This document shows positions 1 to 11,075 of a DNA stretch of 40,648 nucleotides, in pieces (positions within the stretch are counted from its first letter, which is position 1; the number at the start of each line of letters is the position of its first letter). A model generated the notes under the pieces. The model worked only from the letters and a program-made list of their open reading frames with translations, was not told the origin of the DNA and did not search any database. Position numbers and translations under genes: made by a program. The DNA comes from an uncultured Alphaproteobacteria bacterium (GTDB lineage Bacteria; Pseudomonadota; Alphaproteobacteria; Caulobacterales; Caulobacteraceae): contig CAIWHQ010000057.1 of the NCBI GenBank assembly GCA_903912465.1, forward strand, positions 1 to 40,648, in the 5' to 3' direction.

Positions 1-1
1 C

Positions 2-1198
2 CTGGCCGGGCTCGAGGAAGGCGTCTGGCCCCAGGCGGCGGGGGTGGACCCCTTCCTGTCCAGGACCATGCGCAAGGCCCTGGGACTGCCGGCGCCCGAG
101 CGGCGGATCGCCCTGTCGGCGCATGACTTCGCCCAGTCCGCCTGCGCGCCCGAGGTGTTCCTGCTGAACACCCGGCGCCGGCGCGGCGCGCCCGTCCTGG
201 AGTCCCGCTGGCTCTGGCGGCTGCGGACCCTGGCCCGGGGCGCCGGCGCGACCCTTGCCGGGCGCCCGGACCTGACGGACCTCGCCGAGGCCCTCGACGG
301 GCCCGGCCCCTTTGCGCCAGCCCTGCGTCCCGCGCCCTGCCCGCCCCTGGAGGCCCGGCCCCGCAAGCTGGCGGTGACCCGGGTGGAGGCCCTGGTCAGG
401 GACCCCTACCAGGTCTGGGCCCGGGACATCCTTCGCCTCTACCCCATGGACCGGCCGGATACGTCGGTGGACGTCCGCATCCGCGGGACGGCGATCCACT
501 CGGCCCTCGAAACCTTTGTCGAGACCTACCCCGCAGACCTGCCCGCCGACGCCGCCGACGTCCTCGATCACCTCTATATCGAGGCGCTCAGGGCGGCGGG
601 GATGGACGCCATCGGCCTGGCGCGAGAGCAGGCCCTGGCCCGGGAGATCGCAGCCTGGATGGTGGACCAGGAACGCCAGCGGCGCCGCGACGGACGGCGG
701 ATCGAGGTCGAGCAGGCGGGCCAGCTGACTTTTTCGACCCGGGAAGGCAACTTCGTCCTCACCGCCAAGGCCGATCGGCTGGAGATCGGCCCCGAACAGA
801 TCGGCCGCATACTCGACTACAAGACCGGTGCCCCGCCCTCCACCGACACCGTCAAGACCGGGTTCTCACCCCAGCTGACCCTCACCGGCGCCATCCTCGA
901 GGCGGGCGGCTTTCCCGGGCTGAAAGGCCTGAAGGTGGAGGAGCTGTCCTATGTGCGGATCACCGGACGCCGGCCGGCCGGCGAGATCCGCAGCGCCATC
1001 GACACCTCGATGACCGCCACACAGGCCTCGGCGGCGGCGCTCGAGGGCCTGAAGGCGCGGATCGAGGCCTTCGATAATCCGAACCGGCCCTATACCTCCC
1101 GGGTCGCACCCTCCTCGGTGAAGCTCTACGCGAGCGACTATGATCACCTGGCCCGGGTGCGGGAATGGTCCTCCATCGGCGAGGGAGAGGACACATGA
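2..1198 (+). CDS. addB: Double-strand break repair protein AddB (C-terminal part; 5' end outside window)
   Basis: Frame open from window start (LAGLEEGVWP..DPFLSR); PD-(D/E)xK nuclease motifs KADRLE..ILDYKTG..PQL; C-terminal DYDHLARVREWS; ATGA overlap with addA. Confidence 0.93.
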   Translation: MAGLEEGVWPQAAGVDPFLSRTMRKALGLPAPERRIALSAHDFAQSACAPEVFLLNTRRRRGAPVLESRWLWRLRTLARGAGATLAGRPDLTDLAEALDGPGPFAPALRPAPCPPLEARPRKLAVTRVEALVRDPYQVWARDILRLYPMDRPDTSVDVRIRGTAIHSALETFVETYPADLPADAADVLDHLYIEALRAAGMDAIGLAREQALAREIAAWMVDQERQRRRDGRRIEVEQAGQLTFSTREGNFVLTAKADRLEIGPEQIGRILDYKTGAPPSTDTVKTGFSPQLTLTGAILEAGGFPGLKGLKVEELSYVRITGRRPAGEIRSAIDTSMTATQASAAALEGLKARIEAFDNPNRPYTSRVAPSSVKLYASDYDHLARVREWSSIGEGEDT

Positions 1199-4100
1199 CC
1201 CCCGCCGAGGTCGACGACCCCCAGGCCCTCGCCGCCGACCCCTTCCTGTCGGCCTTCGTCACCGCCAATGCGGGCTCGGGCAAGACCAAGACCCTGATCG
1301 ACCGGGTCGCCCGCCTGCTGCTGGCCGGGGCTGAGCCCGACCAGATCCTTTGCGTGACCTACACCCGGGCCGCGGCGGCGGAGATGCAGGACCGGCTGTT
1401 CAGGCTGCTGGGCGACTGGTCGGTGATGCCGGACGAGGCTCTCGGCATGGCCCTTGGCGCGCTGGAGGGCCGCCCCCCCGCCGCCTATGAGCCCGACGCG
1501 CTCTCGAAGGCCAGGGCCCTCTTCGCCCAGGCCCTGGAGACGCCGGGGGGCCTGCGCATCCAGACCCTGCACGCCTTCTGCGAGAAACTGCTGCGCCGGT
1601 TTCCCCTCGAGGCCGGGGTCTCCCCGGGCTTCGAGGTGCTCGATGACCTCGGCGCGGCGGACCTGGCGCGCAGGGCCCATGCCGGGATCGCGCGCCACGC
1701 CCTGGGGGGCGACGGCCGGATCGCCCAGGCCTACGCCCGGCTCTCGGTGGACCTGGACCACCGCCGCTTCCTCGGCCTCTTCGACGAATTCGCACGCCTG
1801 TCCTCGGATCTTGTCCGGTGGTTCAAGACGGCCGCCGCCGGAGACGGGGTCGAGGCCGCAGTCTGGACAGCGCTGACAGGCGCACCGGAGCCGCTCGAGC
1901 CTGCGCAGGCGGAGGCCGACCTGGTCGATGTCTCGCAGGGCCTGGCCCCCGGGGACTGGATGCGAATCTCCGAGATCCTCATGGCGTCCTCCGCGGATAC
2001 CGAGCGCGAGCTTGGCGCAGCCCTGGAGGCCAGTCAGGGCCACCCACCCTTCGACCAGGTGCGGTCCATGCTCCTGACGAAGAAGTGGACGGTCGCGGCC
2101 TGGTTCAGACGCTCATCCCGCCTGAAGCGCCACCCTGACATCGTCGACCTGCTCGACGGGGAGGCGAACCGCCTGCTCGGGCTGGAGAAGCGCCGGCGCA
2201 TGGCCGTGGCGGGGCAAAGAACCCTCGACATCCTTGTCCTGGCCCAAGCCTACCTGACCGCCTACGAGACCGAGAAGACCCTGTCGGGGAAGCTGGACTT
2301 CAGCGACCTGGTGGGTCGCACCGTCGCCCTGACCCGGACCGCGCCCATGGCCGCCTGGGTGCTGTACAAGCTGGACCAGAGGCTGGCCCACATCCTCGTG
2401 GACGAGGCGCAGGACACCGCGCCGGACCAGTGGGGAATCCTGAGGGGCCTGACGGGCGACTACTTCTCGGGCGCTGGCCAGGCCTTGAGGGGGAACGGCC
2501 CGGGCCGGTCCTTCTTCGTCGTCGGCGACGTCAAGCAGTCGATCTACTCCTTCCAGGGCGCCTCGCCCGAGAACCTGGGCATCGAGTACGCCCACCACAG
2601 CCGGGCCGCCGCCGCCGTGGGTGCCCGCTTCGAGCGCATCGACCTGACCCGGTCCTGGCGGTCCGTTCCGGAGGTCCTGGCCTTCGTGGATGCGGTCTTC
2701 GCCGGGGACGAGAAGGCCCGGGCCCTGGTCAGTGCGGAGGGCGAGACGCCGCCGGTCATCCGCCATGAGGCCGGCCGCAAGGATCCCGGGTGCGTGGACC
2801 TCTGGGACCTCGTGCCGCCCGCCGAGAAGGAGACGCGGGACGCCTGGCAGGACCCGCCCGACGCCCTGGGAACCGACTCCAGCCCGCGGATCCTGGCCCG
2901 GCGGATGGTCAGCGAGATCCGGCGGATCGTGAGCCAGGGCGAGTCCGTAGGCGACAAGAAGACGAAGGGACGAAGGCCGGCGTCCTGGGGCGACATCCTG
3001 ATCCTGGTCCGCCGACGCGGCGCGCTCTTCGACGAGATCCTGCGCGAGCTGAAGCGGAGCGGCGTGCCCGTGGGCGGTGCCGACCGGCTGAAGCTGTCCG
3101 AACACATCCTGTTCGAAGATCTGAGGGCCCTGGTCCGCTTCGCCCTTTTCCCGGGCGATGACCTGACCCTCGCCGCCCTTTTGCGCAGCCCATTCTGCGA
3201 TGTCACCGACGAGAGCCTGTTCGACCTGGCGCGGGACCGCCCCGACCCGACGCTCTGGGACACCCTGAAGCGGCGCGCCGGAGACGGCCGGAGCGACTGG
3301 GCCCAGGCTGCTGACTTCCTGGGGCGGGTGGCCAGGACCGGGGCGGGCCTCACGCCTTACGACTTCATCGTCGGGATTCTCGAGTCGCCCGGCCCCTGCG
3401 GGCGCTCCCAGCGGCAGAGGCTCCTGACCCGCCTAGGCCGGGAGGCCGAGGAGGCCCTCGGGGTGTTCCTGGAGAAGACCCTGGAGCTGGAACAGGCCGG
3501 CTCCCGCCACCTGGAGAGCTATGCCGCCGACCTGGACCGGCTGGATGTCGATGTGGCCCGGGAGATGGACGCCGCCGGGGCGGACGAGGTGCGGATCATG
3601 ACCGCCCACGGCGCCAAGGGGCTTGAAGCCCCGATCGTCATCCTGCCCGACATGACCTTCTCGGATCCCGGGCGGTCGGGCCTGGTCCGCACCGATGACG
3701 GAACCTTCCTCTGGCTGGGGTCGAGTGACGACGACTGCGACGCCCAGACCAGGGCCCGGGAGGACCGCAGCCGAGACGCGGGGCGCGAGCTCAGCCGCCT
3801 GCTCTATGTGGGGCTGACCCGCGCGCGGGACCGCCTGATCCTCTGCGGAACCCTGCCCGGCAACCGAAGTGAAGTGAACCTGAAGGGGTGGTGGAGCGCC
3901 GTCTCCGAGGCCTTTGCCGAAAGGATGGGCGACGGGGTCCGGCGGATCGAGCGCGACGACTTCAGCTTCCGGCGGTTCGGCCCAGACCCGGAGATCCTGG
4001 GACCGGCCGGCGCCGGAGCGCCGACGGTCGCCGCGGCAGTCCCGCCCTGGCTGGGCCAGGTTGCCCGGGCCGAACCCCTCAGCCGCCTCGCCTCACCCTC

Positions 4101-4686
4101 GGACCTCGGCGACTCGGCACCCGTGGCTGCCCTTTCGCCCCTCGCCGGGCTGGGGGGACTGGGCCGGTTCCGCCGCGGCGAACTGATCCACCGCCTCCTT
4201 CAGATCCTGCCGGACCTGGACCCTGCGTCCTGGGACAGGGCGGCGCGCAGGCTTCTGGAGAAGGAGGCCGGCCTGACCGCCGACCAGGTATCCGAGATGA
4301 CAGCTGCGGCCCTCGGCGTCCTGGAACACCCCGAATTCGCCTTCCTCTTCGGTCCGGGATCCCGGGCCGAAGCGGGGATCATTGGAGGAGCGGCGGCCTT
4401 CCCGGAAGGCCTGCGCATCTCGGGACGCATCGATCGCCTGGTGGTGCGGGACGACGAGGTCCTGTTTGCCGACTTCAAGACCAACCGGCCGGCGCCGGCC
4501 CGCATCGAGGATGCCGACCCGGCCTACCTCCGCCAGCTGGCCATGTACTGGGCGGTGCTGGGCGACCTCTATCCCGGGCGACGGATCCGGGCGGCCCTGG
4601 TCTGGACCGACGGCCCGCGTCTGACCCCCGCGCCGGAGCCTCTGCTGCGGTCAGCGCTCGAGGCCCTGCGAGAGGGGTTTCGATAG
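1195..4686 (+). CDS. addA: Double-strand break repair helicase/nuclease AddA
   Basis: UvrD-type Walker A ANAGSGKT, DEAQD, VGDVKQSIYSFQGA, MTAHGAKGLE, LYVGLTRARD; C-terminal nuclease GRIDRL..DFKT; ATG at 1195 after GGAGAGG. Confidence 0.95.
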   Translation: MTPAEVDDPQALAADPFLSAFVTANAGSGKTKTLIDRVARLLLAGAEPDQILCVTYTRAAAAEMQDRLFRLLGDWSVMPDEALGMALGALEGRPPAAYEPDALSKARALFAQALETPGGLRIQTLHAFCEKLLRRFPLEAGVSPGFEVLDDLGAADLARRAHAGIARHALGGDGRIAQAYARLSVDLDHRRFLGLFDEFARLSSDLVRWFKTAAAGDGVEAAVWTALTGAPEPLEPAQAEADLVDVSQGLAPGDWMRISEILMASSADTERELGAALEASQGHPPFDQVRSMLLTKKWTVAAWFRRSSRLKRHPDIVDLLDGEANRLLGLEKRRRMAVAGQRTLDILVLAQAYLTAYETEKTLSGKLDFSDLVGRTVALTRTAPMAAWVLYKLDQRLAHILVDEAQDTAPDQWGILRGLTGDYFSGAGQALRGNGPGRSFFVVGDVKQSIYSFQGASPENLGIEYAHHSRAAAAVGARFERIDLTRSWRSVPEVLAFVDAVFAGDEKARALVSAEGETPPVIRHEAGRKDPGCVDLWDLVPPAEKETRDAWQDPPDALGTDSSPRILARRMVSEIRRIVSQGESVGDKKTKGRRPASWGDILILVRRRGALFDEILRELKRSGVPVGGADRLKLSEHILFEDLRALVRFALFPGDDLTLAALLRSPFCDVTDESLFDLARDRPDPTLWDTLKRRAGDGRSDWAQAADFLGRVARTGAGLTPYDFIVGILESPGPCGRSQRQRLLTRLGREAEEALGVFLEKTLELEQAGSRHLESYAADLDRLDVDVAREMDAAGADEVRIMTAHGAKGLEAPIVILPDMTFSDPGRSGLVRTDDGTFLWLGSSDDDCDAQTRAREDRSRDAGRELSRLLYVGLTRARDRLILCGTLPGNRSEVNLKGWWSAVSEAFAERMGDGVRRIERDDFSFRRFGPDPEILGPAGAGAPTVAAAVPPWLGQVARAEPLSRLASPSDLGDSAPVAALSPLAGLGGLGRFRRGELIHRLLQILPDLDPASWDRAARRLLEKEAGLTADQVSEMTAAALGVLEHPEFAFLFGPGSRAEAGIIGGAAAFPEGLRISGRIDRLVVRDDEVLFADFKTNRPAPARIEDADPAYLRQLAMYWAVLGDLYPGRRIRAALVWTDGPRLTPAPEPLLRSALEALREGFR

Positions 4687-4705
4687 GGGCGTTTGATTGG
4701 GGGAG

Positions 4706-4734
4706 TTGATCGGGCACCCCCGCTCGCCATATCT
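4706..4734 (+). promoter_or_regulatory. Putative RpoH (sigma32)-type promoter of trxA
   Basis: TTG(4706-08)-N18-CCATATCT(4727-34) resembles alphaproteobacterial RpoH promoters. Confidence 0.45.
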
Positions 4735-4780
4735 AGTGCTAACGTCCGGAGGATCCGGACCCCCAATCGAGGAGCCACCC

Positions 4781-5107
4781 ATGGGCACCGTCGCAGTCAC
4801 TGACCAGTCCTTCGAAGCCGACGTCCTGAAGTCGGGCAAGCCCGTCCTGGTGGATTTCTGGGCGGAGTGGTGCGGTCCCTGCAAGCAGATCGCCCCGGCC
4901 CTCGAGCAGATCGCCTCAGAGCTGGGCGAGCATGTCACGGTGGTCAAGCTGAACATCGAGGACTCCCCGGAAACGCCCGGCCGCTACGGCGTGCGGGGCA
5001 TCCCGACCATGATGCTCTTCAAGGACGGCCAGATGACCGCCATGAAGGTCGGCGCCATGCCCAAGCAGAAGATCGTCGACTGGCTGAACGAGTCGGGCGT
5101 CGGCTGA
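4781..5107 (+). CDS. trxA: Thioredoxin
   Basis: WCGPC active site, VLVDFWAEW, GIPT; GAGGAG RBS before ATG 4781; conserved addAB-trxA order. Confidence 0.97.
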   Translation: MGTVAVTDQSFEADVLKSGKPVLVDFWAEWCGPCKQIAPALEQIASELGEHVTVVKLNIEDSPETPGRYGVRGIPTMMLFKDGQMTAMKVGAMPKQKIVDWLNESGVG

Positions 5108-5120
5108 GCCAAGAGCCCCC

Positions 5121-6446
5121 TCAGGTCGGCCAGGTTTCCGGGCTGAGGGCCAGCACCTCTCCAGCAAAGTGAAGGCCGCCGCAGATCACGACCCGGGGCG
5201 GAGGCCCCTGCACGTCCAGGGTCAGGGCCAGGGCGACGGCGGCGGAGACATCCGGCGCCGTTGAAGCCTCAAGGCCCTCCGCCCGGGCCGCCGCCGCAAG
5301 GTCTTCCGGCGACAGGGCCGAGGCGGACTCGAAGGTCGTGGCGACCACCTGAGGACCCAGGCCCGTGAATGCGGCGAAGAAGCCGCGGGGATCCTTGCGG
5401 GCGAACTGCCCTGTCACCAGGACGAGGGGCCGGGGATCCCGCGCACCCATCTCCTCGCAGGTCCGCGCCAGGGCGGCGGCGCCGTGGGGATTGTGGGCCC
5501 CGTCCAGCCAGAGGTCGGATCCCCTGGCCGCAGCCAGCCCGCCCAGGGGCCCGGTGGTGAGCCTCTGGAACCGGCCGGGCCAGACCGCCTCCTGGACACC
5601 CCTTGCAAGGGCAGCCTCGTCAATGCGCGGGTCGCAGAGTGCCAGGAGGGCAAGGGCGGCGAGGCCGGCGTTCTCGAACTGGTGGAGGCCGGGCAGGGAC
5701 GGGGCCGGAAGATCGAGAAGCCGGTCCGGGGCCTGGACCACCAGCCGGCCCCTCTCCCGCCAGATGTCCGCGTCCCGGCCGACCAGGGTCAGGGATGCGC
5801 CCCGGGCCTCGGCTTCGGCCTCGATCACCGCCTGGGCCTCTTCATGCTGGCGGGCGGAGACCACGGGCCGGCCCGGCTTGATGATGCCCGCCTTCTCCCA
5901 GGCGATCTTCGACAATTCGGGGCCCAGCATCTCCAGGTGGTCGTAGTCGACCGGCGTAATCACCGACACGGCAGGGGCGTCGAAGATGTTGGTGGCGTCA
6001 AACCGTCCGCCGAGACCGACCTCGATCACGCAGAGGTCGGCGGGGGTGTCCGCAAAGGCCTGTAGGGCCAGGACCGTCGTGATCTCGAAGAAGCTGATGG
6101 GTTGACCGGCATTGGCCGCCTCGAGCCGGTCCGTGAGGGCGTCGAGGGCCTCGTCCGTGATCAGCCGCCCCGCCACCCGGATGCGTTCGGCGAACCTCAC
6201 CAGATGGGGCGAGGTGAGGACGTGGACCTTCAGCCCCGCCGCCTCGGCCATGGCCCTCAGAAAGGCGGTGGTGGAGCCCTTGCCGTTGGTCCCGGCGACG
6301 TGGATCACGGGCGGCAGGCGCAGATCAGGACGGCCAAGGGCCTCCAGAAGGCGCTCGACCCGTCCGGTCGTCAGGTCGATGAGGGACGGGTGGCTCGCCC
6401 GCAGGCGCTGGATGACGGCGTCAGAAGCCCGGATCGGATCGTACAT
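5121..6446 (-). CDS. folC: Bifunctional folylpolyglutamate synthase/dihydrofolate synthase
   Basis: IHVAGTNGKGST, EVGLGGRFDATN, WPGRFQ, LDGAHNP; follows accD. Confidence 0.96.
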   Translation of the reverse strand: MYDPIRASDAVIQRLRASHPSLIDLTTGRVERLLEALGRPDLRLPPVIHVAGTNGKGSTTAFLRAMAEAAGLKVHVLTSPHLVRFAERIRVAGRLITDEALDALTDRLEAANAGQPISFFEITTVLALQAFADTPADLCVIEVGLGGRFDATNIFDAPAVSVITPVDYDHLEMLGPELSKIAWEKAGIIKPGRPVVSARQHEEAQAVIEAEAEARGASLTLVGRDADIWRERGRLVVQAPDRLLDLPAPSLPGLHQFENAGLAALALLALCDPRIDEAALARGVQEAVWPGRFQRLTTGPLGGLAAARGSDLWLDGAHNPHGAAALARTCEEMGARDPRPLVLVTGQFARKDPRGFFAAFTGLGPQVVATTFESASALSPEDLAAAARAEGLEASTAPDVSAAVALALTLDVQGPPPRVVICGGLHFAGEVLALSPETWPT

Positions 6447-6462
6447 GGTCCCAGGTCGGGGG

Positions 6463-7389
6463 TCAGGCAGCGCGGGCGCGGGCCCGGCCCAGCATCAGGG
6501 TCCCGAGCACCGAGGCGAGGATGTCCGGAAGCTCAGAGCGCGCCGCCACCAGGTCGACCATGCCCCGCTCCATCAGGAACTCGGCCCTCTGGAAGCCGGC
6601 GGGCAGGACCTCGCGAATGGTCTGCTCGATGACCCGGCGGCCAGAGAAGGCGATCATGGCGTTGGGCTCAGCGATGTGGATATCCCCCAGCATGGCGTAG
6701 GAGGCCGAGACCCCGCCGGTCGTCGGGTCGGTCAGCACCACCACATAGGGCAGGCCCGCGGCCTTGACCTCGTTGAGGGCCAGGGTGGTCCGGGCCATCT
6801 GCATCAGGGACAGGGTCCCCTCCTGCATGCGGGCGCCGCCGGAGGCGGTGAAGATCACCAGGGGAACCTTGCGACGCACGGCTTCCTGGGCGGCCTTGAT
6901 GAAGGCCTCGCCCGCGCCCATGCCCAGGGACCCGCCCATGAAGTTGAAGTCCTGGACGATGACCACCGCCGCCTGCCCCCGGATATTTCCGAAGGCGAGG
7001 GCCATGGAGTCCTGCTCGCCCGTCGCCTTGCGCGCCGCCTTGAGGCGGTCGGCGTAGGGTTTGTCGTCCGGGAACTTCAGGGGATCGTCGGCTACAACCG
7101 GCGAGGGGATGCGCTCGAATCTTCCGTCGTCGAAGGTGTAGCGCAGGCGTTGGGCGGCGCCGATGCGCATATGGCTGCCCGAGGGCGTGACCCACATGGC
7201 GGCCTCGAGGTCGGGCCGGTACAGCATCTCGCCCGTATCCGGACACTTGACCCAGAGGTTCTCGGGGGTCTCGCGCTTGGCCACCAGGTTGCGGACGCCG
7301 GGAGCGATCTTGGCCAGCCAGCCGCCGCGCTCACGGGGGGCCTGGGGCTGCTTCCCGGATTTGTCGTCGGTCTGGTCCGCCATCGCCAT
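6463..7389 (-). CDS. accD: Acetyl-CoA carboxylase carboxyltransferase beta subunit
   Basis: LWVKCP, FMGGSLG, SGGARMQEG, PTTGGVSAS; start ATG 7389 (or 7383). Confidence 0.96.
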   Translation of the reverse strand: MAMADQTDDKSGKQPQAPRERGGWLAKIAPGVRNLVAKRETPENLWVKCPDTGEMLYRPDLEAAMWVTPSGSHMRIGAAQRLRYTFDDGRFERIPSPVVADDPLKFPDDKPYADRLKAARKATGEQDSMALAFGNIRGQAAVVIVQDFNFMGGSLGMGAGEAFIKAAQEAVRRKVPLVIFTASGGARMQEGTLSLMQMARTTLALNEVKAAGLPYVVVLTDPTTGGVSASYAMLGDIHIAEPNAMIAFSGRRVIEQTIREVLPAGFQRAEFLMERGMVDLVAARSELPDILASVLGTLMLGRARARAA

Positions 7390-7396
7390 TCTGCGC

Positions 7397-8230
7397 CTAA
7401 GCTCCGACACTCGACGTCCTTGCCGTACGAACAGACTTAGCCAGACCCGCCACTTTTGTAAGCACCCGGTCGGTCACGTCTTCGTTTGCAGCCAGGGCCG
7501 CGGCCACCTCGTCCACCAGGGCCGAGCCGACCACGACGGCGTCAGCGACCCGGGCCACCTCGGCCGCCCTCGCCTCTGTCTTGACACCGAAGCCCACGGC
7601 CACCGGAAGCCCGGAGGCGGCGCGGACCCGCGCGACATTGGGCGCCACGGCGCCGGCGTCGGCCTCCTTGACGCCAGTGACCCCGGCGACAGAGACGTAA
7701 TAGACGAAGCCCGAGGTCCGACGGACCACGACAGGCAACCGCCGGTCGTCCGTGGTGGGCGTGGCAAGCCGGATCAGGGACAGATCCTGGGCGTCGAGGG
7801 CGTCGGCGAGGGGATCTGCCTCCTCGGGCGGAATGTCGACGACGATCAGGCCGTCCACGCCCGCAGCCGCAGCGTCACGGGCAAAGGCCGCATAGCCCGG
7901 GGTCTCGAGGGGATTGGCATAACCCATCAGGATGACCGGTGTTTCGGAGTCCGAGCGGCGGAAGGCGGCGACAAGGTCCAGGGTCTTCTGCAGGGTCATG
8001 CCCCGGGCCAGGGCCCGCTGGGCCGCGCGCTGGATCGGCGGGCCTTCCGCCAAAGGATCGGAGAAGGGAAAGCCCACCTCGATCAGGTCAGCCCCGGCAG
8101 CGGGAAGCCCCTTGAGAATGGCCAGGGCAGTCTCCGGATCGGGATCTCCCGCCATCACGTAGGGAATGAAGCCGGCACGGCCCTCCTGGCGGAGGCGGGC
8201 GAAGCGGGCGTCGATCCGGGCGCGGCTCAA
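7397..8230 (-). CDS. trpA: Tryptophan synthase alpha subunit
   Basis: [34 protein letters not shown]. Confidence 0.97.
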   Translation of the reverse strand: MSRARIDARFARLRQEGRAGFIPYVMAGDPDPETALAILKGLPAAGADLIEVGFPFSDPLAEGPPIQRAAQRALARGMTLQKTLDLVAAFRRSDSETPVILMGYANPLETPGYAAFARDAAAAGVDGLIVVDIPPEEADPLADALDAQDLSLIRLATPTTDDRRLPVVVRRTSGFVYYVSVAGVTGVKEADAGAVAPNVARVRAASGLPVAVGFGVKTEARAAEVARVADAVVVGSALVDEVAAALAANEDVTDRVLTKVAGLAKSVRTARTSSVGA

Positions 8231-9447
8231 ATCGAGAGTCCCAGGGCCTGGGCGACGGTGGAGACATCCTTGTCGCCGCGGCCGGACAGGTTGACCACCA
8301 CGATCCCCTTGGGGCCCAGCTCGGCGCAGATCTGCGGCAGGCGGGCCAGGGCGTGGCTGGTCTCGAGGGCCGGAATGATCCCCTCCAGCTCGGCGCAGAG
8401 CTGGAAGGCCTCGAGGGCCTCGCGGTCGGTGCAGGTCATGTATTCCGCCCGGCCGGCATCGTGCAGGAAGGCATGCTCGGGACCGATCCCGGGATAGTCC
8501 AGGCCCGCGGAAATGGAGTGCGCCTCGGTGATCTGGCCCACCGGATCCTGGATCAGGTAGGTGCGGTTGCCATGGAGGACGCCGGGCCGGCCGCCATTGA
8601 TGGCCGCCGCATGACGCTCGGTGTCCATGCCATCGCCGGAAGCCTCGACCCCGATCAGGCGCACACCCTCGTCGTTGAGGAAGGGATGGAAGGTACCGAT
8701 GGCGTTCGATCCCCCACCCACGCAGGCGACCACGGCGTCCGGGAGCCGGCCCTCGGCCTCGAGGATCTGCGCCCGGGCCTCCCGGCCCATGACCGCCTGG
8801 AACTCGCGGACCATCTCCGGATAGGGATGCGGGCCCGCCGCCGAGCCAATCAGGTAGTAGGTGTCATGGACATTGGTGACCCAGTCCCGAAGCGCCTCAT
8901 TCATGGCGTCCTTCAGGGTCGAAGAGCCCGAGGTCACCGGCTCAACCCGGGCACCCAGGAGGTTCATACGGAAGACGTTGGGCTTTTGGCGCTCAACGTC
9001 CACGGCACCCATGTAGACCACGCAGGGCAGGCCGAAACGGGCGCAGACCGTGGCCGTGGCCACCCCGTGCTGGCCGGCGCCGGTCTCGGCAATGATCCGG
9101 GTCTTGCCCATACGCATGGCCAGGAGGATCTGGCCCATGCAGTTGTTGATCTTGTGCGCGCCCGTGTGGTTGAGCTCCTCGCGCTTGAGGTAGACCTTCG
9201 CGCCCCCAAACTTCTGGGTCAGGCGCTCGGCGAAGTACATAGGGCTCGGCCGGCCGACATAGTGCTTGAGATAGCCATCCAGCTCGGCGTGGAAGGCCGG
9301 ATCGGCCATGGCAAGCCGGAAAGCGGCCTCCAACTCATGCACCAGGGGCATGAGGGTTTCGGGCACGTACCGGCCACCATAATCGCCGAACCGGCCAGAG
9401 GCATCGGGGTAGGCGGAATAGTCGTTGGGCGTTGTGATCTGGTTCAC
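8227..9447 (-). CDS. trpB: Tryptophan synthase beta subunit
   Basis: [11 protein letters not shown] (PLP lysine), [25 protein letters not shown]; 4-nt overlap with trpA; GTG start. Confidence 0.98.
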   Translation of the reverse strand: MNQITTPNDYSAYPDASGRFGDYGGRYVPETLMPLVHELEAAFRLAMADPAFHAELDGYLKHYVGRPSPMYFAERLTQKFGGAKVYLKREELNHTGAHKINNCMGQILLAMRMGKTRIIAETGAGQHGVATATVCARFGLPCVVYMGAVDVERQKPNVFRMNLLGARVEPVTSGSSTLKDAMNEALRDWVTNVHDTYYLIGSAAGPHPYPEMVREFQAVMGREARAQILEAEGRLPDAVVACVGGGSNAIGTFHPFLNDEGVRLIGVEASGDGMDTERHAAAINGGRPGVLHGNRTYLIQDPVGQITEAHSISAGLDYPGIGPEHAFLHDAGRAEYMTCTDREALEAFQLCAELEGIIPALETSHALARLPQICAELGPKGIVVVNLSGRGDKDVSTVAQALGLSI

Positions 9448-9454
9448 GTGGGGC

Positions 9455-10105
9455 CTAATGTCTGGCTCGGCGGACAGCGTCGAGGAAGGCCGAGATCAAT
9501 GAGGCGTCCTTTAGTCCGGGACCGCGCTCCACGCCAGAGGAAACGTCCGCCAACGGGGCCCCGGAAGTGGTCAGGGCCTCGGCGACATTCCAGGGATCGA
9601 GACCCCCCGCGAGAAACCAGGGCCGGGGCGGACGAAAGTCCTCGGTGATCGTCCAGTCGAAGGCCCGGCCCAACCCCCCGGTCATTGCGGCGCCCTCCGG
9701 CGGGCGCGCGTCCAGCAGGAGGTGGTCGGCGACATCGGACCAGGGTCCTGCGGCCGCAAGGTCGTCGGCGGAACCCACCGGCAGGGCGCGAATCAGCCCC
9801 ACTCCGGTGCGCCGGATGACCTCGGCTCCCCGCGCCGGCGACTCCCGGCCATGCAGCTGGATCAGGTCCGGACGCAGGATCCGGGCGATCCGGTCCAGGG
9901 TATCGTCGCCAGCGTCGACGGTGATGGCGCAGATCCGCACGCCGGCCGCCCGGGCGGGCTCGGCGAGCCGGGCGGCCACCTCGGGTTCGACGAAGCGCGG
10001 GCTTGCCGGGAAGAAGTTGAAGCCGATGAAACCTGCGCCGCAGGCGACTGCGGCCTCGACGGTTTCCGGCGTGGACAGGCCGCAGATCTTGGCAGGAACG
10101 TGCAT
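9455..10105 (-). CDS. trpF: Phosphoribosylanthranilate isomerase
   Basis: [33 protein letters not shown]; start at ATG 10105. Confidence 0.95.
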   Translation of the reverse strand: MHVPAKICGLSTPETVEAAVACGAGFIGFNFFPASPRFVEPEVAARLAEPARAAGVRICAITVDAGDDTLDRIARILRPDLIQLHGRESPARGAEVIRRTGVGLIRALPVGSADDLAAAGPWSDVADHLLLDARPPEGAAMTGGLGRAFDWTITEDFRPPRPWFLAGGLDPWNVAEALTTSGAPLADVSSGVERGPGLKDASLISAFLDAVRRARH

Positions 10106-10150
10106 GGCCCGGATTAGGGCCATGCAGGCTCCAAGTTCAAGGCCTGAGGC

Positions 10151-10561
10151 TTAGCGGCCGGACTTCAGCAGGTCGCGGATCTCGCCAAGGAGGGTTTCCT
10201 CGGCCGACGGCGCCGGCGGCGGCGCGGCGGCCACCTGGGCCCGACGCAGGGCGTTAACCCCCTTGACCATCACGAAGATCACCCAGGCGATGATCAAGAA
10301 CTGGATCAGGGTGTTCAGGAAGGCACCGTACTGGATCGCCACCAACTCACTGGCCGTGGTGGCAGGATCGTCTGCCTTCAGGACCCAGCTGAGCCGGGAG
10401 AAGTCCACACCGCTGGTCAGGAGGCCGATGGGCGGCATGATCACCCCCTCGACGAGGGACGTGACGATCTTTCCGAAGGCCCCGCCGATGATGACACCGA
10501 CCGCGAGGTCGATGACGTTGCCGCGGGCGATGAATTCGCGAAACTCACTCAAGATGGACAT
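10151..10561 (-). CDS. mscL: Large-conductance mechanosensitive channel
   Basis: EFREFIARGNVIDLAVGVIIGGAFGKIV, YGAFL, LLGEIRDLL; GGAGAG RBS before ATG 10561. Confidence 0.96.
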   Translation of the reverse strand: MSILSEFREFIARGNVIDLAVGVIIGGAFGKIVTSLVEGVIMPPIGLLTSGVDFSRLSWVLKADDPATTASELVAIQYGAFLNTLIQFLIIAWVIFVMVKGVNALRRAQVAAAPPPAPSAEETLLGEIRDLLKSGR

Positions 10562-10598
10562 GGGCTCTCCCTTTAATTGTCCTGGCGACGCTGGAGCG

Positions 10599-10883
10599 TC
10601 AGTCGTCGGCGTTGAGCCGGACCCTAAGTTCCTTGCCGCTCTTGAAAAACGGCACATGCTTGGCGCGGACGGAAACTGCCACGCCTGTCCGGGGGTTCCG
10701 ACCGGAGCGGGCGCCGCGGGACCGGACCGAAAAGGCACCAAAGCCGCGAAGTTCGACCCGGCCGCCATCCTCCAGGGCCTGAATCATCCGGTCAAGGATC
10801 ACGGAAACGACCCTTTCGATGTCCTTCTGGGTAAGGTGCGGGTTTTCCTCGGCCAGCTTGGCGATGAGTTCGGACTTTATCAT
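10599..10883 (-). CDS. ihfB: Integration host factor subunit beta
   Basis: [36 protein letters not shown]; downstream of rpsA. Confidence 0.96.
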   Translation of the reverse strand: MIKSELIAKLAEENPHLTQKDIERVVSVILDRMIQALEDGGRVELRGFGAFSVRSRGARSGRNPRTGVAVSVRAKHVPFFKSGKELRVRLNADD

Positions 10884-11001
10884 GCCCCTGGCCACCCCCG
10901 GAATCCGGCCGTTCTTGCGCGCCGTCAGGCGACCACTTCAGCGCATTTCCCTTTGGCGTCAAGCCCTTGGACGGGACCCGAAGACAAAAGACCCCGCAGA
11001 C

Positions 11002-11036
11002 AAAAGAAAACGGCGGACCGGTATTCCGGTCCGCCG
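11002..11036 (-). terminator. Intrinsic terminator downstream of rpsA
   Basis: Minus strand CGGCGGACCGG-AATA-CCGGTCCGCCG (11-bp perfect stem) followed by TTTTCTTTT. Confidence 0.85.
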
Positions 11037-11075
11037 CATCCAGGACACCCTGACGCCGAAGCGCCCGGCTGCCGC

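Noticed and set aside
700-1198. AddB nuclease domain without Fe-S cysteines
   Set aside because: Typical of the alphaproteobacterial AddB type
7170-7260. AccD lacking the C4 zinc finger (CPDT...TPSG)
   Set aside because: Degenerate zinc finger is common in alphaproteobacterial AccD; not novel
10106-10150. trp attenuator or leader peptide upstream of trpFBA
   Set aside because: No Trp-codon leader peptide or attenuator hairpins; the gap is only 45 bp
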